From sequence record MT774388.1: DNA of 40,000 nt; one strand, given 5' to 3'. The position numbers and the translations under genes were made by a program. Below the pieces are notes generated by a model. It ran no database searches, was not told where the DNA came from, and saw nothing but the letters and a program-made list of their open reading frames with translations. Below, one piece after another: positions 1-10,515 of this stretch. Within the stretch, counting starts at the first letter, position 1. Each line of letters opens with the position of its first letter. This stretch comes from an uncultured phage cr112_1.

Positions 1-71
1 GAATTACCTGCATCCATATCATCTACTTTACTTGCAAGTAAATCTCTAATAACCTTAGTTAACTTGTTCAT
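1..71 (-). CDS. N-terminus of a hypothetical protein (MNKLTKVIRDLLASKVDDMDAGN...), runs off window
   Basis: Open minus frame with GGAG upstream of the ATG; stop of the next gene overlaps its start. Confidence 0.5.
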   Translation of the reverse strand, partial: MNKLTKVIRDLLASKVDDMDAGN

Positions 72-448
72 CTCCTTCTCCCTCCATACTTTTGGTGACA
101 ATAAATAGCACAACTTACAAATATACCACCTATTATCAGATTTAATAACAGTAGATTAAAATCATCTACTGGAATAATAAAATAGTTATCTACAAAAGCT
201 ACTATTTTATTAACCACTATGTAGTGAATTGCCATCTTGTGATATATGCAGAACTTGTAAACACAACTACTTATGTACATAGGAATGGTGGTAAGAATAG
301 AACTGCCACCTATAAATAATGTAATATCGAGATAAATGTCAAAGTATGCAAGAATATTACTGATGAAGTCCATAGATGCTATCAGCATAGGAACATATTT
401 CACACTTAATAGTTCAAGCTTGTAGATAACTACACTTCTCATGGTCAC
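68..448 (-). CDS. Small hydrophobic multi-TM protein (holin-like or membrane protein, unassigned)
   Basis: 126-aa ORF with several hydrophobic segments. Confidence 0.55.
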   Translation of the reverse strand: MTMRSVVIYKLELLSVKYVPMLIASMDFISNILAYFDIYLDITLFIGGSSILTTIPMYISSCVYKFCIYHKMAIHYIVVNKIVAFVDNYFIIPVDDFNLLLLNLIIGGIFVSCAIYCHQKYGGRRR

Positions 449-528
449 TTATTGGATTTGACTCTTCTTCTTTTATTTGGAGCTACACCACCACTTGTAC
501 CATTGTTAGGTTTTGGTCTTCCCATAAT
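448..528 (-). CDS. Very small basic peptide MGRPKPNNGTSGGVAPNKRRRVKSNK
   Basis: 26-codon ORF filling the gap between flanking minus genes. Confidence 0.35.
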
Positions 529-537
529 TAATTAGTT

Positions 538-1047
538 TTAATTTTTAATAAGTAATTCTCTCAGTCTATTGATTACAAAACCTCTAATACCAATTCTATT
601 ATCAGTACCAGAGTTAGAATCAATGTATTTAATAAAGTCTTCCATACTAATATTGTATATCTTGACTTCTACTTCCTCTTGATATAAGGTACTAAGTACT
701 TCTTGTGCAGACTTATTAATCTTAGATTCTATCTCCTTTACTGAGTCTTCCTCTTCTTTAGTAGCTGTCTTGCTTTCTACTTTTTCTTTTAGTTTTGTGT
801 ATTCTTTAGTCTTTAACTTCTCAACTAAGGTAACCTTTAGGTTTTCTGTCTCTTTTGATTTAGCTGATAATTCTGAGATTGTGAAAATACATGCTCTTTT
901 ACCTTCAGGACTAAGACCATCAATGGTCATTGCATCTACAAGGTCTGAGATAGATTTAATTTCAAATCTACTCAATTTAGTAACAGTAAAGTCTTCTTTC
1001 TTATTAACTTCTTTAACTTCCTCTACTTTTTCCATTTTAACTTCCAT
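538..1047 (-). CDS. Hypothetical charged, coiled-coil-like protein
   Basis: ORF track 169 aa, Lys/Glu-rich. Confidence 0.7.
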   Translation of the reverse strand: MEVKMEKVEEVKEVNKKEDFTVTKLSRFEIKSISDLVDAMTIDGLSPEGKRACIFTISELSAKSKETENLKVTLVEKLKTKEYTKLKEKVESKTATKEEEDSVKEIESKINKSAQEVLSTLYQEEVEVKIYNISMEDFIKYIDSNSGTDNRIGIRGFVINRLRELLIKN

Positions 1048-1058
1048 GCTATCTTATA

Positions 1059-1343
1059 TTATAATGTTAATTTATCTACTGCTGTCAAATAAGCTTCAAT
1101 TGAATCAAGGATTCCTGACCTTTGAGAAGCTGTTCCATCATTAAATGTTACATTCAAGTTATTGCTAACCTGTCTATTAAATGTAGCAACTTCTGTTTTA
1201 TTTGCAATACTTGTTACAGTGCCCATATCTACACCTTGCAACTTTGAATCTATGACCCTTACACTTCCTCTTACAGTGTATGCACTATCACTCCCTGACA
1301 TAATAGAAGTATAGCCTACCATATTCTTTTCAGTTATTTCCAT
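1059..1343 (-). CDS. Hypothetical protein, possibly structural
   Basis: ORF track 94 aa, position next to tail appendage genes. Confidence 0.6.
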   Translation of the reverse strand: MEITEKNMVGYTSIMSGSDSAYTVRGSVRVIDSKLQGVDMGTVTSIANKTEVATFNRQVSNNLNVTFNDGTASQRSGILDSIEAYLTAVDKLTL

Positions 1344-1432
1344 ATTTATTTAATTAATGTGATTACAAAGATATGTAATATACTTGATATATACAACCTA
1401 ATAAGTGAATTATTTATAGTTTTATTAATATA

Positions 1433-2590
1433 TTATGCAGAACCAACTAATGTTATCTCTAACAACTTACCAGCACTTGCACCAGTCCTTGTATTATAAA
1501 TATAGCAATTAGTATAAGCAGTTTTACCAACATGATATTTACCACCCAAAGTCATACATGGAACACTAACAACATAATTTCCACTACCATCAGGACCAGA
1601 TATAATCTTAGCCATACCTTTACCAAATTCATACTGGTCAACTCTGAAGTTGCCATTATAATCAATAGTTTCCATAGATACACTATATCCTTTCAAAGTA
1701 GCCAATCCAGCAGATGCTTTATCATGAATAGTAAATCTATACTCATAATAACTATCAGAATAGTCATTAACTCTTGGTTTAGTGTCTCCTACTACAGAAT
1801 ATTGAAGATAACCTTGAATAGGAAATTGAGATAGATTATAATACTTCATAACAGGAACACTTTGTCTTCTTGTATTAGATATACCTCTATAAAAGTTCAT
1901 ATTATATTCAGGAGCTTCTTTCCATTTAAGTCTTTCATTGGAATATATACTGTCAGATATAAATAATACTATGGCAATATCTTTACTAAGTTTACCTTCC
2001 CAATCTAAAGAATCATCTACCAAAAACAAGGGTAGTTTACCACCAGTGATTGTTCTACCATATATTTTGTAATATGCTTTTTGTTTGCTTCTACTACATA
2101 TAGCAACTCCTAATTGATTCTTTTTATTATTACCAATTAGCTTGTCAATACTTAATTGTCCTCCTGTACTTGTTTCAAATATTAAAGAATTAATATTAAT
2201 AACAATAGCTGAATCAGGAGAAGCATTAGCTGGAAAAGTAAAGTCAAATATAGGTTTTGCATTATGATTATACCCATTAAAGTCTGAGGCTCTATAATAC
2301 CAAGTGCTCTGTCCTGATACTGGTTGTCTATAATAAATAGCATCTCCTGTAAGGTTAGCAACAGTAGGCTGTATTATAGCTACATTTTCAAACCCATAGT
2401 GTATAGACTTAAACTGTTCCTCACTAAGAGGGGCTATACTACTATAAACAACAGGATGTCTATCAGTCCACATATTTACATTACTTGAAACACATTGTGT
2501 TCCCAAGTCAGTACTTCCTATACCAAGACCTTGAGGTATGTCATTATGAATGCCAACAGGGGCAGTTATAATACCATTAGAAAGAGACAT
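1433..2590 (-). CDS. Phage tail appendage/fibre-type protein, paralogue A
   Basis: Likely start is the internal ATG (MSLSNGIITAPVG) preceded by AGGAAAGGAGGG; N-terminus nearly identical to the 2812-3972 product. Confidence 0.75.
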   Translation of the reverse strand: MSLSNGIITAPVGIHNDIPQGLGIGSTDLGTQCVSSNVNMWTDRHPVVYSSIAPLSEEQFKSIHYGFENVAIIQPTVANLTGDAIYYRQPVSGQSTWYYRASDFNGYNHNAKPIFDFTFPANASPDSAIVININSLIFETSTGGQLSIDKLIGNNKKNQLGVAICSRSKQKAYYKIYGRTITGGKLPLFLVDDSLDWEGKLSKDIAIVLFISDSIYSNERLKWKEAPEYNMNFYRGISNTRRQSVPVMKYYNLSQFPIQGYLQYSVVGDTKPRVNDYSDSYYEYRFTIHDKASAGLATLKGYSVSMETIDYNGNFRVDQYEFGKGMAKIISGPDGSGNYVVSVPCMTLGGKYHVGKTAYTNCYIYNTRTGASAGKLLEITLVGSA

Positions 2591-2809
2591 TATCACCCTC
2601 CTTTCCTGTACTTGCTGCCACCCCTGTGCAGACAATAACTCCATAACCTTTTATAGTTTCAACATTAAGGTTGCCTTCTATAATCAAAGCATTAGTCAAG
2701 TCATAATTACTTAGGTCTCCAAGTGCTTCTATTTCTATGGAGGTATTAGTCCCCCCCCCAGTATATGGGCAATTATATTGCCTTTAACTAATAAATCTAC
2801 TTTCTTCAT
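2577..2809 (-). pseudogene. Small ORF broken by a G9 homopolymer (77 aa if one G is added): MKKVDLLVKGNIIAHILGGG|TNTSIEIEALGDLSNYDLTNALIIEGNLNVETIKGYGVIVCTGVAASTGKEGDNVSF
   Basis: Conceptual translation of both frames on either side of the C9 run at 2751-2759 (+ strand). Confidence 0.55.
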
Positions 2810-2811
2810 AT

Positions 2812-3972
2812 TTAACTATTCATTCTATTAATGGTAACAACTAATCTTGCAACTTCCTGTATATCATATTTCCACCAAATAAAGATAACTTTCTCTCCTA
2901 CATAGGAATCCCATCCATAAGTTTCAACTTCAAATTCAAATGGTATTCCAGGCATAGTATAATAGTCACCAGCAGAAACTGTAGTTTCAGGGAAGTCTTT
3001 TTTCCACAATTCAAGCTCTCTAACATAATCAGTACTATCTGTATAATATCTGTACATACATACTTTAGTAGCTGGCAGAGTGCCTCCTGCATAATTTTGT
3101 GCATTAATTATAGGAGTAAGATTCATAACTTTTAGATAATATGGTCTACTAACCAAATATCTAAGAACAGCTTGACATCTAATCTGTAGAATGAATGGGT
3201 CTCCAGATATATACTGCATTTCAAAGATAGTTTGAGTATTCTCAGTATTTCTTAAACTTCTATATCTCCCTATTTTATCTTTCATATAGACGTGCATCCA
3301 CAATTTACCTCCTACTGTGCCTCCTAACCTAACCTCATCATCAGTCCATTGAATTACATTATTTTCCTGTGTTATCTTAAATTCTCTTTCAACATAAGTT
3401 GCATTAGGATTACTTGGGCTTCTAAGATTAACTACAAATCTAATATAATCACCCTCTGATGTTTTGTCATTAAATATGTCAGGAAGGCATAAAGCTCTGT
3501 CTCTTGACTGAGGAATATTAACAGTCATCCTAAAGCCTTTATTTAAAACTATCTTTGCAGGATAACCTACAGTAAATAATTCTTTAGGAGCATTATGATT
3601 ATATCCATCAAAGTCAATAGCCCTATAAGGATAAGGGTTCCCATTAGGTCTTAAATATGTCCAGACTGGGTCTGGAAGATTAGGATTACCTACATTATTG
3701 ACTTGCTCCATTTGGAATCCACACTGACCATTGATACTTCTCCACCAATCTGTAGAATAAGGTACACTTGTTCTTGTGTCTTCTATCATGAAGTAACCTC
3801 CCTCTAACTTCCCAAGCATTGTAGCAAGTCTTACAGGCTTGTACATTGCAAAGGGATTAATATTTGGACTTGTACACTGAGTACCTAAATCTGTACTACC
3901 AATCCCTAAAGTTTGGGGTATATCATTGTGGATACCTACTGGAGCTGTGATTATCCCATTACTGTGCGCCAT
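2812..3972 (-). CDS. Phage tail appendage/fibre-type protein, paralogue B
   Basis: 386 aa; shares SNGIITAPVGIHNDIPQ-LGIGSTDLGTQC N-terminal module with paralogue A. Confidence 0.75.
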   Translation of the reverse strand: MAHSNGIITAPVGIHNDIPQTLGIGSTDLGTQCTSPNINPFAMYKPVRLATMLGKLEGGYFMIEDTRTSVPYSTDWWRSINGQCGFQMEQVNNVGNPNLPDPVWTYLRPNGNPYPYRAIDFDGYNHNAPKELFTVGYPAKIVLNKGFRMTVNIPQSRDRALCLPDIFNDKTSEGDYIRFVVNLRSPSNPNATYVEREFKITQENNVIQWTDDEVRLGGTVGGKLWMHVYMKDKIGRYRSLRNTENTQTIFEMQYISGDPFILQIRCQAVLRYLVSRPYYLKVMNLTPIINAQNYAGGTLPATKVCMYRYYTDSTDYVRELELWKKDFPETTVSAGDYYTMPGIPFEFEVETYGWDSYVGEKVIFIWWKYDIQEVARLVVTINRMNS

Positions 3973-4189
3973 TTTCCTCTGTTTTTACCCACTCACTACT
4001 ATTTAATATAGTTATGAGTTCTTGTGAATCAAAATCATAAGACTTAATATTATCAGATGAGGTTAATACAGGCTCTACATGTTCTAAGTGTATGATATAC
4101 TTAGTACCAGCTATATTACTTCTCCAGTTAGGTTGAATAGTAAATCCTTTAGCTATTAACCAGTTTTTAGTTACAATTACATATTTCAT
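3959..4189 (-). CDS. Small hypothetical protein upstream of appendage gene B
   Basis: 76 aa from internal ATG (MKYVIVTKNW...). Confidence 0.5.
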   Translation of the reverse strand: MKYVIVTKNWLIAKGFTIQPNWRSNIAGTKYIIHLEHVEPVLTSSDNIKSYDFDSQELITILNSSEWVKTEENGAQ

Positions 4190-4205
4190 AATTTTCTTAT
4201 TAACT

Positions 4206-5633
4206 TTAAGGGAATATTTGTTTAGTCTCAGGGAAACTCTTTGTGATATTCTTATCATAAAGAACTTCTATTTCAATAGGCTTATTGATGACTATTTGAG
4301 ATACTATTCCCATATTATATACACGATCTTCTTTTAATATAGCAGGTATATCATAGACACCATCTTTATATATTGGAATAGGAGAGTCCCAATTACCTGT
4401 ATTTTCATCATTAATTTTAGCTGGCATTAATGCTATTCCCCAAATTCCATCAGGATTATTATAAGAATCAATCCCAGTAACTTTTAATTTATAAGCCGAT
4501 ACTTCAATTGGATCACCAGTTGTAGCTTCTGGGTCTTTAGCTAATGCAATAGCCCCAGTAAATGATTCGGTTGTACTGTCTACAACAATTTTATTTGTTG
4601 TAACTTTGCCAGTAGCAAAATCTGGATAATCAACGGCTTTATAGGCAAAATTATCAAAGTTCAATGCGAACACTGGATTTGGAGTGTCATATTCCATGAC
4701 GTTGATTTCTTTCTGAATTTCTTCAGCGGTGAGAACATTTTGATATATGGCAACAGAATATATAGCTACATTACTATATTCCATTGGACTACCTGAATTA
4801 CTTAATCTACAACCTAATGTAAGAGGAGTTGCAGCGTTTTTATCTATATTAAATGTTCCAACACTATATTCTCCATAATTTTTATATGTTGTAAAATTGT
4901 TGTTAAGTACACCAGAAGTATCATATTGTAAAACTACTTCATCTGTATGAATATTTAATATAGAATTAACAATATTGGGTTTTATATTAATAGTTTTAAA
5001 TTTTATAATTATAGTACCCACCTTATACCCTACTTTATCAAGTTTCAGATAATCATCTATACCATCTGTTACAATTGCTCCTTCATATTCTGGAATTTGC
5101 TGTATAGTTACATTTTGAGATAAGGCGTTCTGTACAATGAAACCAACACTATAAGTTTGAGTATTAACTACACTCTTAGGTAAATCATATTCTCCATCTG
5201 AGGGAATTGCCATTAAGACTCTTGCTCCATCATTAGTAGGTGAATACCCATAAGCAAGTTGGTTATTGGCTGTAAGTCCTGTCACTCTTATTCTTGTAGC
5301 ATTTAATTGACTATTCCCGTATTTTAAAAGTATCCAATTATTGGCCGGAACAAAATTCATTATAGTAATAGAATGATCATCCGTTACGAATACATTCTGC
5401 GCTTTATGATAAGTTAGGTAATTCTCCTTAAATAACCCATAACCACTGCCTAAGCTCCAACCAAAATTATAAGCATTAAGGATATTACCCTTAATGCCTT
5501 TGATAGTATTCCTATCTTTATCGAAATTGTTCTTACCTTTAAAATTCCAGTAATCGACTAATGATGGATGAAAAGAACTACCTTGTGGCTTGCTTTTACC
5601 AATATAATTTCCAATACCTATACTAATAGACAT
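4206..5633 (-). CDS. Putative tail/appendage protein with LamG/concanavalin-like segment
   Basis: 475 aa; central GAIVTDGIDDYLKLDKVGYKVGTIIIKFKTI ... IYSVAIYQNVLTAEEIQKEI resembles LamG-like folds. Confidence 0.6.
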   Translation of the reverse strand: MSISIGIGNYIGKSKPQGSSFHPSLVDYWNFKGKNNFDKDRNTIKGIKGNILNAYNFGWSLGSGYGLFKENYLTYHKAQNVFVTDDHSITIMNFVPANNWILLKYGNSQLNATRIRVTGLTANNQLAYGYSPTNDGARVLMAIPSDGEYDLPKSVVNTQTYSVGFIVQNALSQNVTIQQIPEYEGAIVTDGIDDYLKLDKVGYKVGTIIIKFKTINIKPNIVNSILNIHTDEVVLQYDTSGVLNNNFTTYKNYGEYSVGTFNIDKNAATPLTLGCRLSNSGSPMEYSNVAIYSVAIYQNVLTAEEIQKEINVMEYDTPNPVFALNFDNFAYKAVDYPDFATGKVTTNKIVVDSTTESFTGAIALAKDPEATTGDPIEVSAYKLKVTGIDSYNNPDGIWGIALMPAKINDENTGNWDSPIPIYKDGVYDIPAILKEDRVYNMGIVSQIVINKPIEIEVLYDKNITKSFPETKQIFP

Positions 5634-5868
5634 ATTGCAAAGTATTATTAGTTTTTACAGTAATCTCTTTTATAATCTCTGGGTTCCATCCAGGATAAAA
5701 AACAGTTTCTATAGTTTCATCACTTGATAACATCTTCACTGTACAAGTTACATTGTCTCCTGATATATTCTTAACTAAGAAACCACCTTCACTCTTAAAT
5801 GTACCTACCTTTAAATTAGCTAAGAAGCCTACTTGAAGGCTTGTCGAAGCACCAGTTTTTGTTCTCAT
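5623..5868 (-). CDS. Small structural/appendage-associated protein
   Basis: 81 aa, overlaps both neighbours, same strand. Confidence 0.55.
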   Translation of the reverse strand: MRTKTGASTSLQVGFLANLKVGTFKSEGGFLVKNISGDNVTCTVKMLSSDETIETVFYPGWNPEIIKEITVKTNNTLQYVY

Positions 5869-8800
5869 CTTTGTATAAGTTTAATTTTTAATTCTAATTG
5901 TTCATTCCTTCTCTCCAATATCTTAACTCTCTCTTCAAGAGACTTAGTTCTGTTCAATATACTTTGTATTCCTAAAGTATTCAGTTGGGTAGCACCTGCA
6001 ATAAGTGATATTAAGTCAGGGCTAATATAATTAATATAACCATATCCATCCTTGTCCATACCACATACAGTAGGTAGTATATTCCTAACCTTCTGCCAAC
6101 TTAGACCAGTGTGTACATTTCTGTCTGCATATTTATCTTTCCTTGAAAGAGCTTTATCATTGTAGGTAAAATCAAACACTTTACCTAATAATAATAACTT
6201 GGAAGCATAATCTACTTCATAGTCTAACCTATTCTTAAGATTCTCATCAGAACTTGTCATGGCAGTAATACCACCTGTAGCACCAATGTTACCTGTAAAT
6301 TGCCAAGTACCACCTCCATAATCCATTATATAAGATTTATTTGAAGAACTGCCTATGCTACCAGAATAAGTCCACCACCAATACATATGATCATTGCTAT
6401 GAACTCCTATACCAAATACATTATCTGATGCTCCAATCTCAATACCTCCATGTTGTCCATTACCATGAAAAGTAGCATATATATTAAATCCATTGGCACC
6501 TGTTGAATTTAATATTCCTGCAATATTAAGCCCGCCCATAGCTTGCATATAACTACCAGCATATATTCTACCAGAAGCATTCATCCCACCAGCAGTATGT
6601 ATAGCATCAGAACTTACACTTCCAGTATATATCTGTTTATTACCATAAGCTCTAAGCCATGTACTGTCAGTCATCCACCATCCACCATCATAGGTTTCAT
6701 TATACCAGCCTGTAGCTCCAACAGTCCTAAGCCAACCTGATGTAAGGTGTATTCCGTCACCATTTATATAACCGAAATTTGTATACCAGCCATTCAAACT
6801 AAGGTTTGCTAGACTACTACCACCTTGAGCATAGAGTCCAAATGTAGAACCATCATTCATTCTTATAGATCCTGCAAATACTCCGGGTTGGTGAAAACCG
6901 ATCCCAGGTTTAATAGTATTAGCAGTACCATTACCGTTGACCATTATACCTAATTGAGAATAGTCATTTCCACTAGGTATCCTGAAATATGCGTTATGAA
7001 ATCTTGCTTCTGTTGAACTCCAATATCCACTATTAACTCCATTAGATACAATATTAACATATCCATCCTGAGCCCAATTAAAACCAGTGTCTGTATCCCC
7101 AATTGCTAATGATATAGATGGTATTGCGTCAAAAGAATATCTGTTCCTATCTACTATTATTTTTCCTCCAACAAGCGTATTATATCCATTATTACATAGA
7201 GTTACATTTCCTGTGCCTCTATATTGTAAATGTACATTATATCCTCCAGTTCTATTTATTTCACCAGTTTCTCCATCTGCTTCAATTCTTAAACTTCCTG
7301 CTATTAATCCAGTTGTTACTGCTTGACCAGTAACATCCGAAGTGCCATTAAAAGGTCTTCCAAAAATATTTCTTGTAAATCTTAGATTATCAGGTGCCCA
7401 ATATACATAATTAAATGTTTTCTCCATAGGAGAATTATCCTGTGAATTTTTGACAGGAGCATTATATGTATAAGGTCCATTAGCCCAAGAATATCCATCT
7501 GGTTGTACCTGTATTTTTTGATTATTTGTAGTTCTATAATAATATATACCTCCGCCTCTTAAATAGATTATTTCAGTAGAACCCATAGTATTTTGTTCTC
7601 TTCCTCCAAAAGCAGTTTCTCCACCGTAAGAACCAGCGTACCAATTTAATTTTGCAGCAATAGGAATTGTTCCCCAACCAGAACCTATCACATAATAGTC
7701 TAGCAATAAAGAAAATCCAGATTGGTGTGAAGCCCACGTAGGTTTATTTCCTCTAAGTCCATTAAATATAGTAATTCTTAAAGGTGTTCCTCCGTAAGAG
7801 GGTGCACCAATTATACAAGGATACCATGTATTAGAATCTAAATTTGATAAGTCTAAAGTTAATTGCTTGTTGCTTAAATGACTAAGAGCTGCGGTCCATG
7901 TTGATCTTCTTATAAAATTATCATCTGAAGAATAAAAATAATCACCTTGATCTTCTGGATTAACAGCTGTTGATATAAATGGTACATAAAGATTTCCAGT
8001 CATAGTATCCCCTGTCTTAAGAACATATCTAGAATCTGTTGAAGCCTGTGTAAGATACACATTACTATCAACTGAACCATCGGCCTTGAGGAATTGAGAA
8101 GAAGTACCACCAGATTTTCTAAATGCAGTAGATACAATCCCAGCTTGGAAAGTTTTAGCAGCAGTAATATTCTGAATTGTATTCAGAGTTACATAATTAT
8201 CTAAAGAATTTGATTTAAGAAATCCTTGACTATTAACCCATGCTTGTGTAGCAAAACCCATAGTAGCTAAAGCCGTAGCTGTAACATATCCTTTTCCATT
8301 TACCCAAGATTGAGTAGCATAATTTTTATCTGTTACCCATGCCTGAGTTGCATATCCATTTAAAGCAGTGGTAATATCTCCAGGTGTGGCTAAATTAGGC
8401 AAAGTAATAACACCATTTACAGGTTTATAGACAGTACCATTCAATGATATGTCTCCTCCACCAATAGCCTGTCCATTAATCCATTTCTGAGATGCAGCAT
8501 CATAAACAAGAGCTTGCTTGTCTTGAGGGTTGCTAATATTTGTATCAGCTAAATCTTGTAATGTAAATGATATACCTCCTGAAGAGCTAATACCAAGAGC
8601 TGTGATACCTCCTGTCATATAGAAGTTAGCCATCTCTTCAGCACCATCAGAGTTATATTTAACTCCTTTTATAGCATTTCTTTCAGCATCATACTCCAAG
8701 AATATATCCCCAATCTTTATCTTAGGAGTTTCTATCTTGTTAGTAAGGTAGATTTCTGTACCATTAAAAGTACCATAAACATTACCATTAGCTTGATATG

Positions 8801-10514
8801 TAGCACCCCAGAAAGTAGCATTCTTTAATCTATTAATAGAATCTCTATTTTCTTTACCTTTGTTACCTGCATATGCAGTATCAGCAGTTTCACCTAAAGC
8901 AAGTGATTTACTAATTTCTACATAAGATGTTCCTGACCATCTATAAGTAAGATTAGTGTCAAGTGTTACATATATCTTTCCACTTTCTCCTGTAGCAGGC
9001 AGTGCTGAAAAAGTACTATATTCAAGTACATCATCCACATAAGAAGGAAGGTACATTGATGATATTAAACCATCATTGTCAAGAGGTACTACACCTCCTG
9101 CTCTACCTTTCTGACTCAATGGGATATAATCTTTAACAGCTTCACTGATAGCTGTATTCATTTGAGAGGTTGTAGAATAAGGACTAAGAGCTTTAGTAAG
9201 ATGAGATATAGCTATCTGTTTATCAGGGTTATCTCCATCACCAAGTATAGACCATAGGAGGGCTTCATCCATTCCACCTCCACCTCCACCAGTATTAAGA
9301 CCTAAAGCTGATACAAAGCTATTAGAGTAAAAGCCTCTTGGAGTACCATCAGATTTATTTGTTACAAATATATCCTGATTTGAATCTTCTGCAAAGTAAC
9401 CTGCTATCTTGTTCCATAGTGTCTTTTCAGCTAATGTAACATGGATATCAGCATTATTTATATGATTATTTAATAGGTTCTGTACAGGAGTTACTGCATC
9501 AACTACAGCCTTTGAGATGGCTGAATTAGTTTCTGACTTAGTATAATAATTACTTAGGTCTACCTTAATATCAGTGAGTCTCATTGAAGACCAATGAGTT
9601 GCTCCTGCCTTTTGTATAAATAGCCTATCTTCAGTAGGAGTAGTATCAGCCCAATCACCAACATTAGTTAATTGACCAAGAGAAGAGGCACCTCCTGTAC
9701 CTCCACCCCCTCCATCTGATTTACCCATAGCTGTAATACCTCCATAAGTGTAGAAATTTCTTCCTACCTCTGCACCATCAACTATCTTATTTACAACATA
9801 CAGGTCACTATTCTCATCTTCCTTAAACCATTTACCTATTATATCTTTTACAAGTTGAGTTACAACATTGATATCTACATCTCCACCACCTGTGGGAATA
9901 TTATCTATTTGTTGTTTAACCCATTCTTGAGTAGCTAAACCTGTTAAGTCAAGATGGCTCTTTGGAATAATTTCATTTTCAGCATCAAGAGCCTTCCACA
10001 TATCTTCAAGTTTGAAAGTCTCTTCAGGTATCTTCATGCCATACCATTGTTTAAGTTTAGCATCATAACCTAAATAGAACTTATCAAATGTCTTATCTAC
10101 ACTGTTATCTGTTGTAGACTTCTTGACATCAAGAAGCTGCCATAAATAAAGAGAGCTAATTGAAGAATAGAATTGTAATGTAGTTACCTGAATATCATCA
10201 GGTTTAACATAATTGGCTTGACAGGCTAAATCTACAACCAAGAAGGCATCTTTATAGACTACCCTTGCATCATAACCCTTTGAATAGCTTACTTCAAAAC
10301 TGTATTCTCCAGTTCTTTGTACTGAACCTTTTATGGTGAAGGTAATTTCATTTCCAGATACAGAATAGTCAGGAACACTAATTAATGTACCTGAACACCA
10401 TACCTTGAATCTTATATTTGTAGCAGTGGACAGGTCCTCAGGAATGTTAACATTATCAACAGTCTTAGTTATAGCCCATACTACCTTTATATCATTACCT
10501 TTAACTATTTCCAT
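5865..10514 (-). CDS. Large tail fibre protein with C-terminal S74-type intramolecular chaperone/endosialidase-like domain
   Basis: 1549 aa; repeated glycine-rich and YATQAWV/YATQSWV segments; C-terminal TSSDENLKNRL...GLSWQKVRNILPTV...YISPDLISLIAGATQ followed by coiled coil. Confidence 0.88.
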   Translation of the reverse strand: MEIVKGNDIKVVWAITKTVDNVNIPEDLSTATNIRFKVWCSGTLISVPDYSVSGNEITFTIKGSVQRTGEYSFEVSYSKGYDARVVYKDAFLVVDLACQANYVKPDDIQVTTLQFYSSISSLYLWQLLDVKKSTTDNSVDKTFDKFYLGYDAKLKQWYGMKIPEETFKLEDMWKALDAENEIIPKSHLDLTGLATQEWVKQQIDNIPTGGGDVDINVVTQLVKDIIGKWFKEDENSDLYVVNKIVDGAEVGRNFYTYGGITAMGKSDGGGGGTGGASSLGQLTNVGDWADTTPTEDRLFIQKAGATHWSSMRLTDIKVDLSNYYTKSETNSAISKAVVDAVTPVQNLLNNHINNADIHVTLAEKTLWNKIAGYFAEDSNQDIFVTNKSDGTPRGFYSNSFVSALGLNTGGGGGGMDEALLWSILGDGDNPDKQIAISHLTKALSPYSTTSQMNTAISEAVKDYIPLSQKGRAGGVVPLDNDGLISSMYLPSYVDDVLEYSTFSALPATGESGKIYVTLDTNLTYRWSGTSYVEISKSLALGETADTAYAGNKGKENRDSINRLKNATFWGATYQANGNVYGTFNGTEIYLTNKIETPKIKIGDIFLEYDAERNAIKGVKYNSDGAEEMANFYMTGGITALGISSSGGISFTLQDLADTNISNPQDKQALVYDAASQKWINGQAIGGGDISLNGTVYKPVNGVITLPNLATPGDITTALNGYATQAWVTDKNYATQSWVNGKGYVTATALATMGFATQAWVNSQGFLKSNSLDNYVTLNTIQNITAAKTFQAGIVSTAFRKSGGTSSQFLKADGSVDSNVYLTQASTDSRYVLKTGDTMTGNLYVPFISTAVNPEDQGDYFYSSDDNFIRRSTWTAALSHLSNKQLTLDLSNLDSNTWYPCIIGAPSYGGTPLRITIFNGLRGNKPTWASHQSGFSLLLDYYVIGSGWGTIPIAAKLNWYAGSYGGETAFGGREQNTMGSTEIIYLRGGGIYYYRTTNNQKIQVQPDGYSWANGPYTYNAPVKNSQDNSPMEKTFNYVYWAPDNLRFTRNIFGRPFNGTSDVTGQAVTTGLIAGSLRIEADGETGEINRTGGYNVHLQYRGTGNVTLCNNGYNTLVGGKIIVDRNRYSFDAIPSISLAIGDTDTGFNWAQDGYVNIVSNGVNSGYWSSTEARFHNAYFRIPSGNDYSQLGIMVNGNGTANTIKPGIGFHQPGVFAGSIRMNDGSTFGLYAQGGSSLANLSLNGWYTNFGYINGDGIHLTSGWLRTVGATGWYNETYDGGWWMTDSTWLRAYGNKQIYTGSVSSDAIHTAGGMNASGRIYAGSYMQAMGGLNIAGILNSTGANGFNIYATFHGNGQHGGIEIGASDNVFGIGVHSNDHMYWWWTYSGSIGSSSNKSYIMDYGGGTWQFTGNIGATGGITAMTSSDENLKNRLDYEVDYASKLLLLGKVFDFTYNDKALSRKDKYADRNVHTGLSWQKVRNILPTVCGMDKDGYGYINYISPDLISLIAGATQLNTLGIQSILNRTKSLEERVKILERRNEQLELKIKLIQR

Positions 10515-10515
10515 A

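Noticed and set aside
770-1144. Plus-strand 124-aa ORF, and other plus ORFs within 1-16 kb (e.g. 7087, 7118, 14091)
   Set aside because: All antisense to long well-supported minus-strand genes.
10285-10305. Extra TTACTTCAA copy near 10.3 kb
   Set aside because: Lies in the fibre coding sequence (opposite sense) with no TTAGTG partner or hairpin; probably chance.
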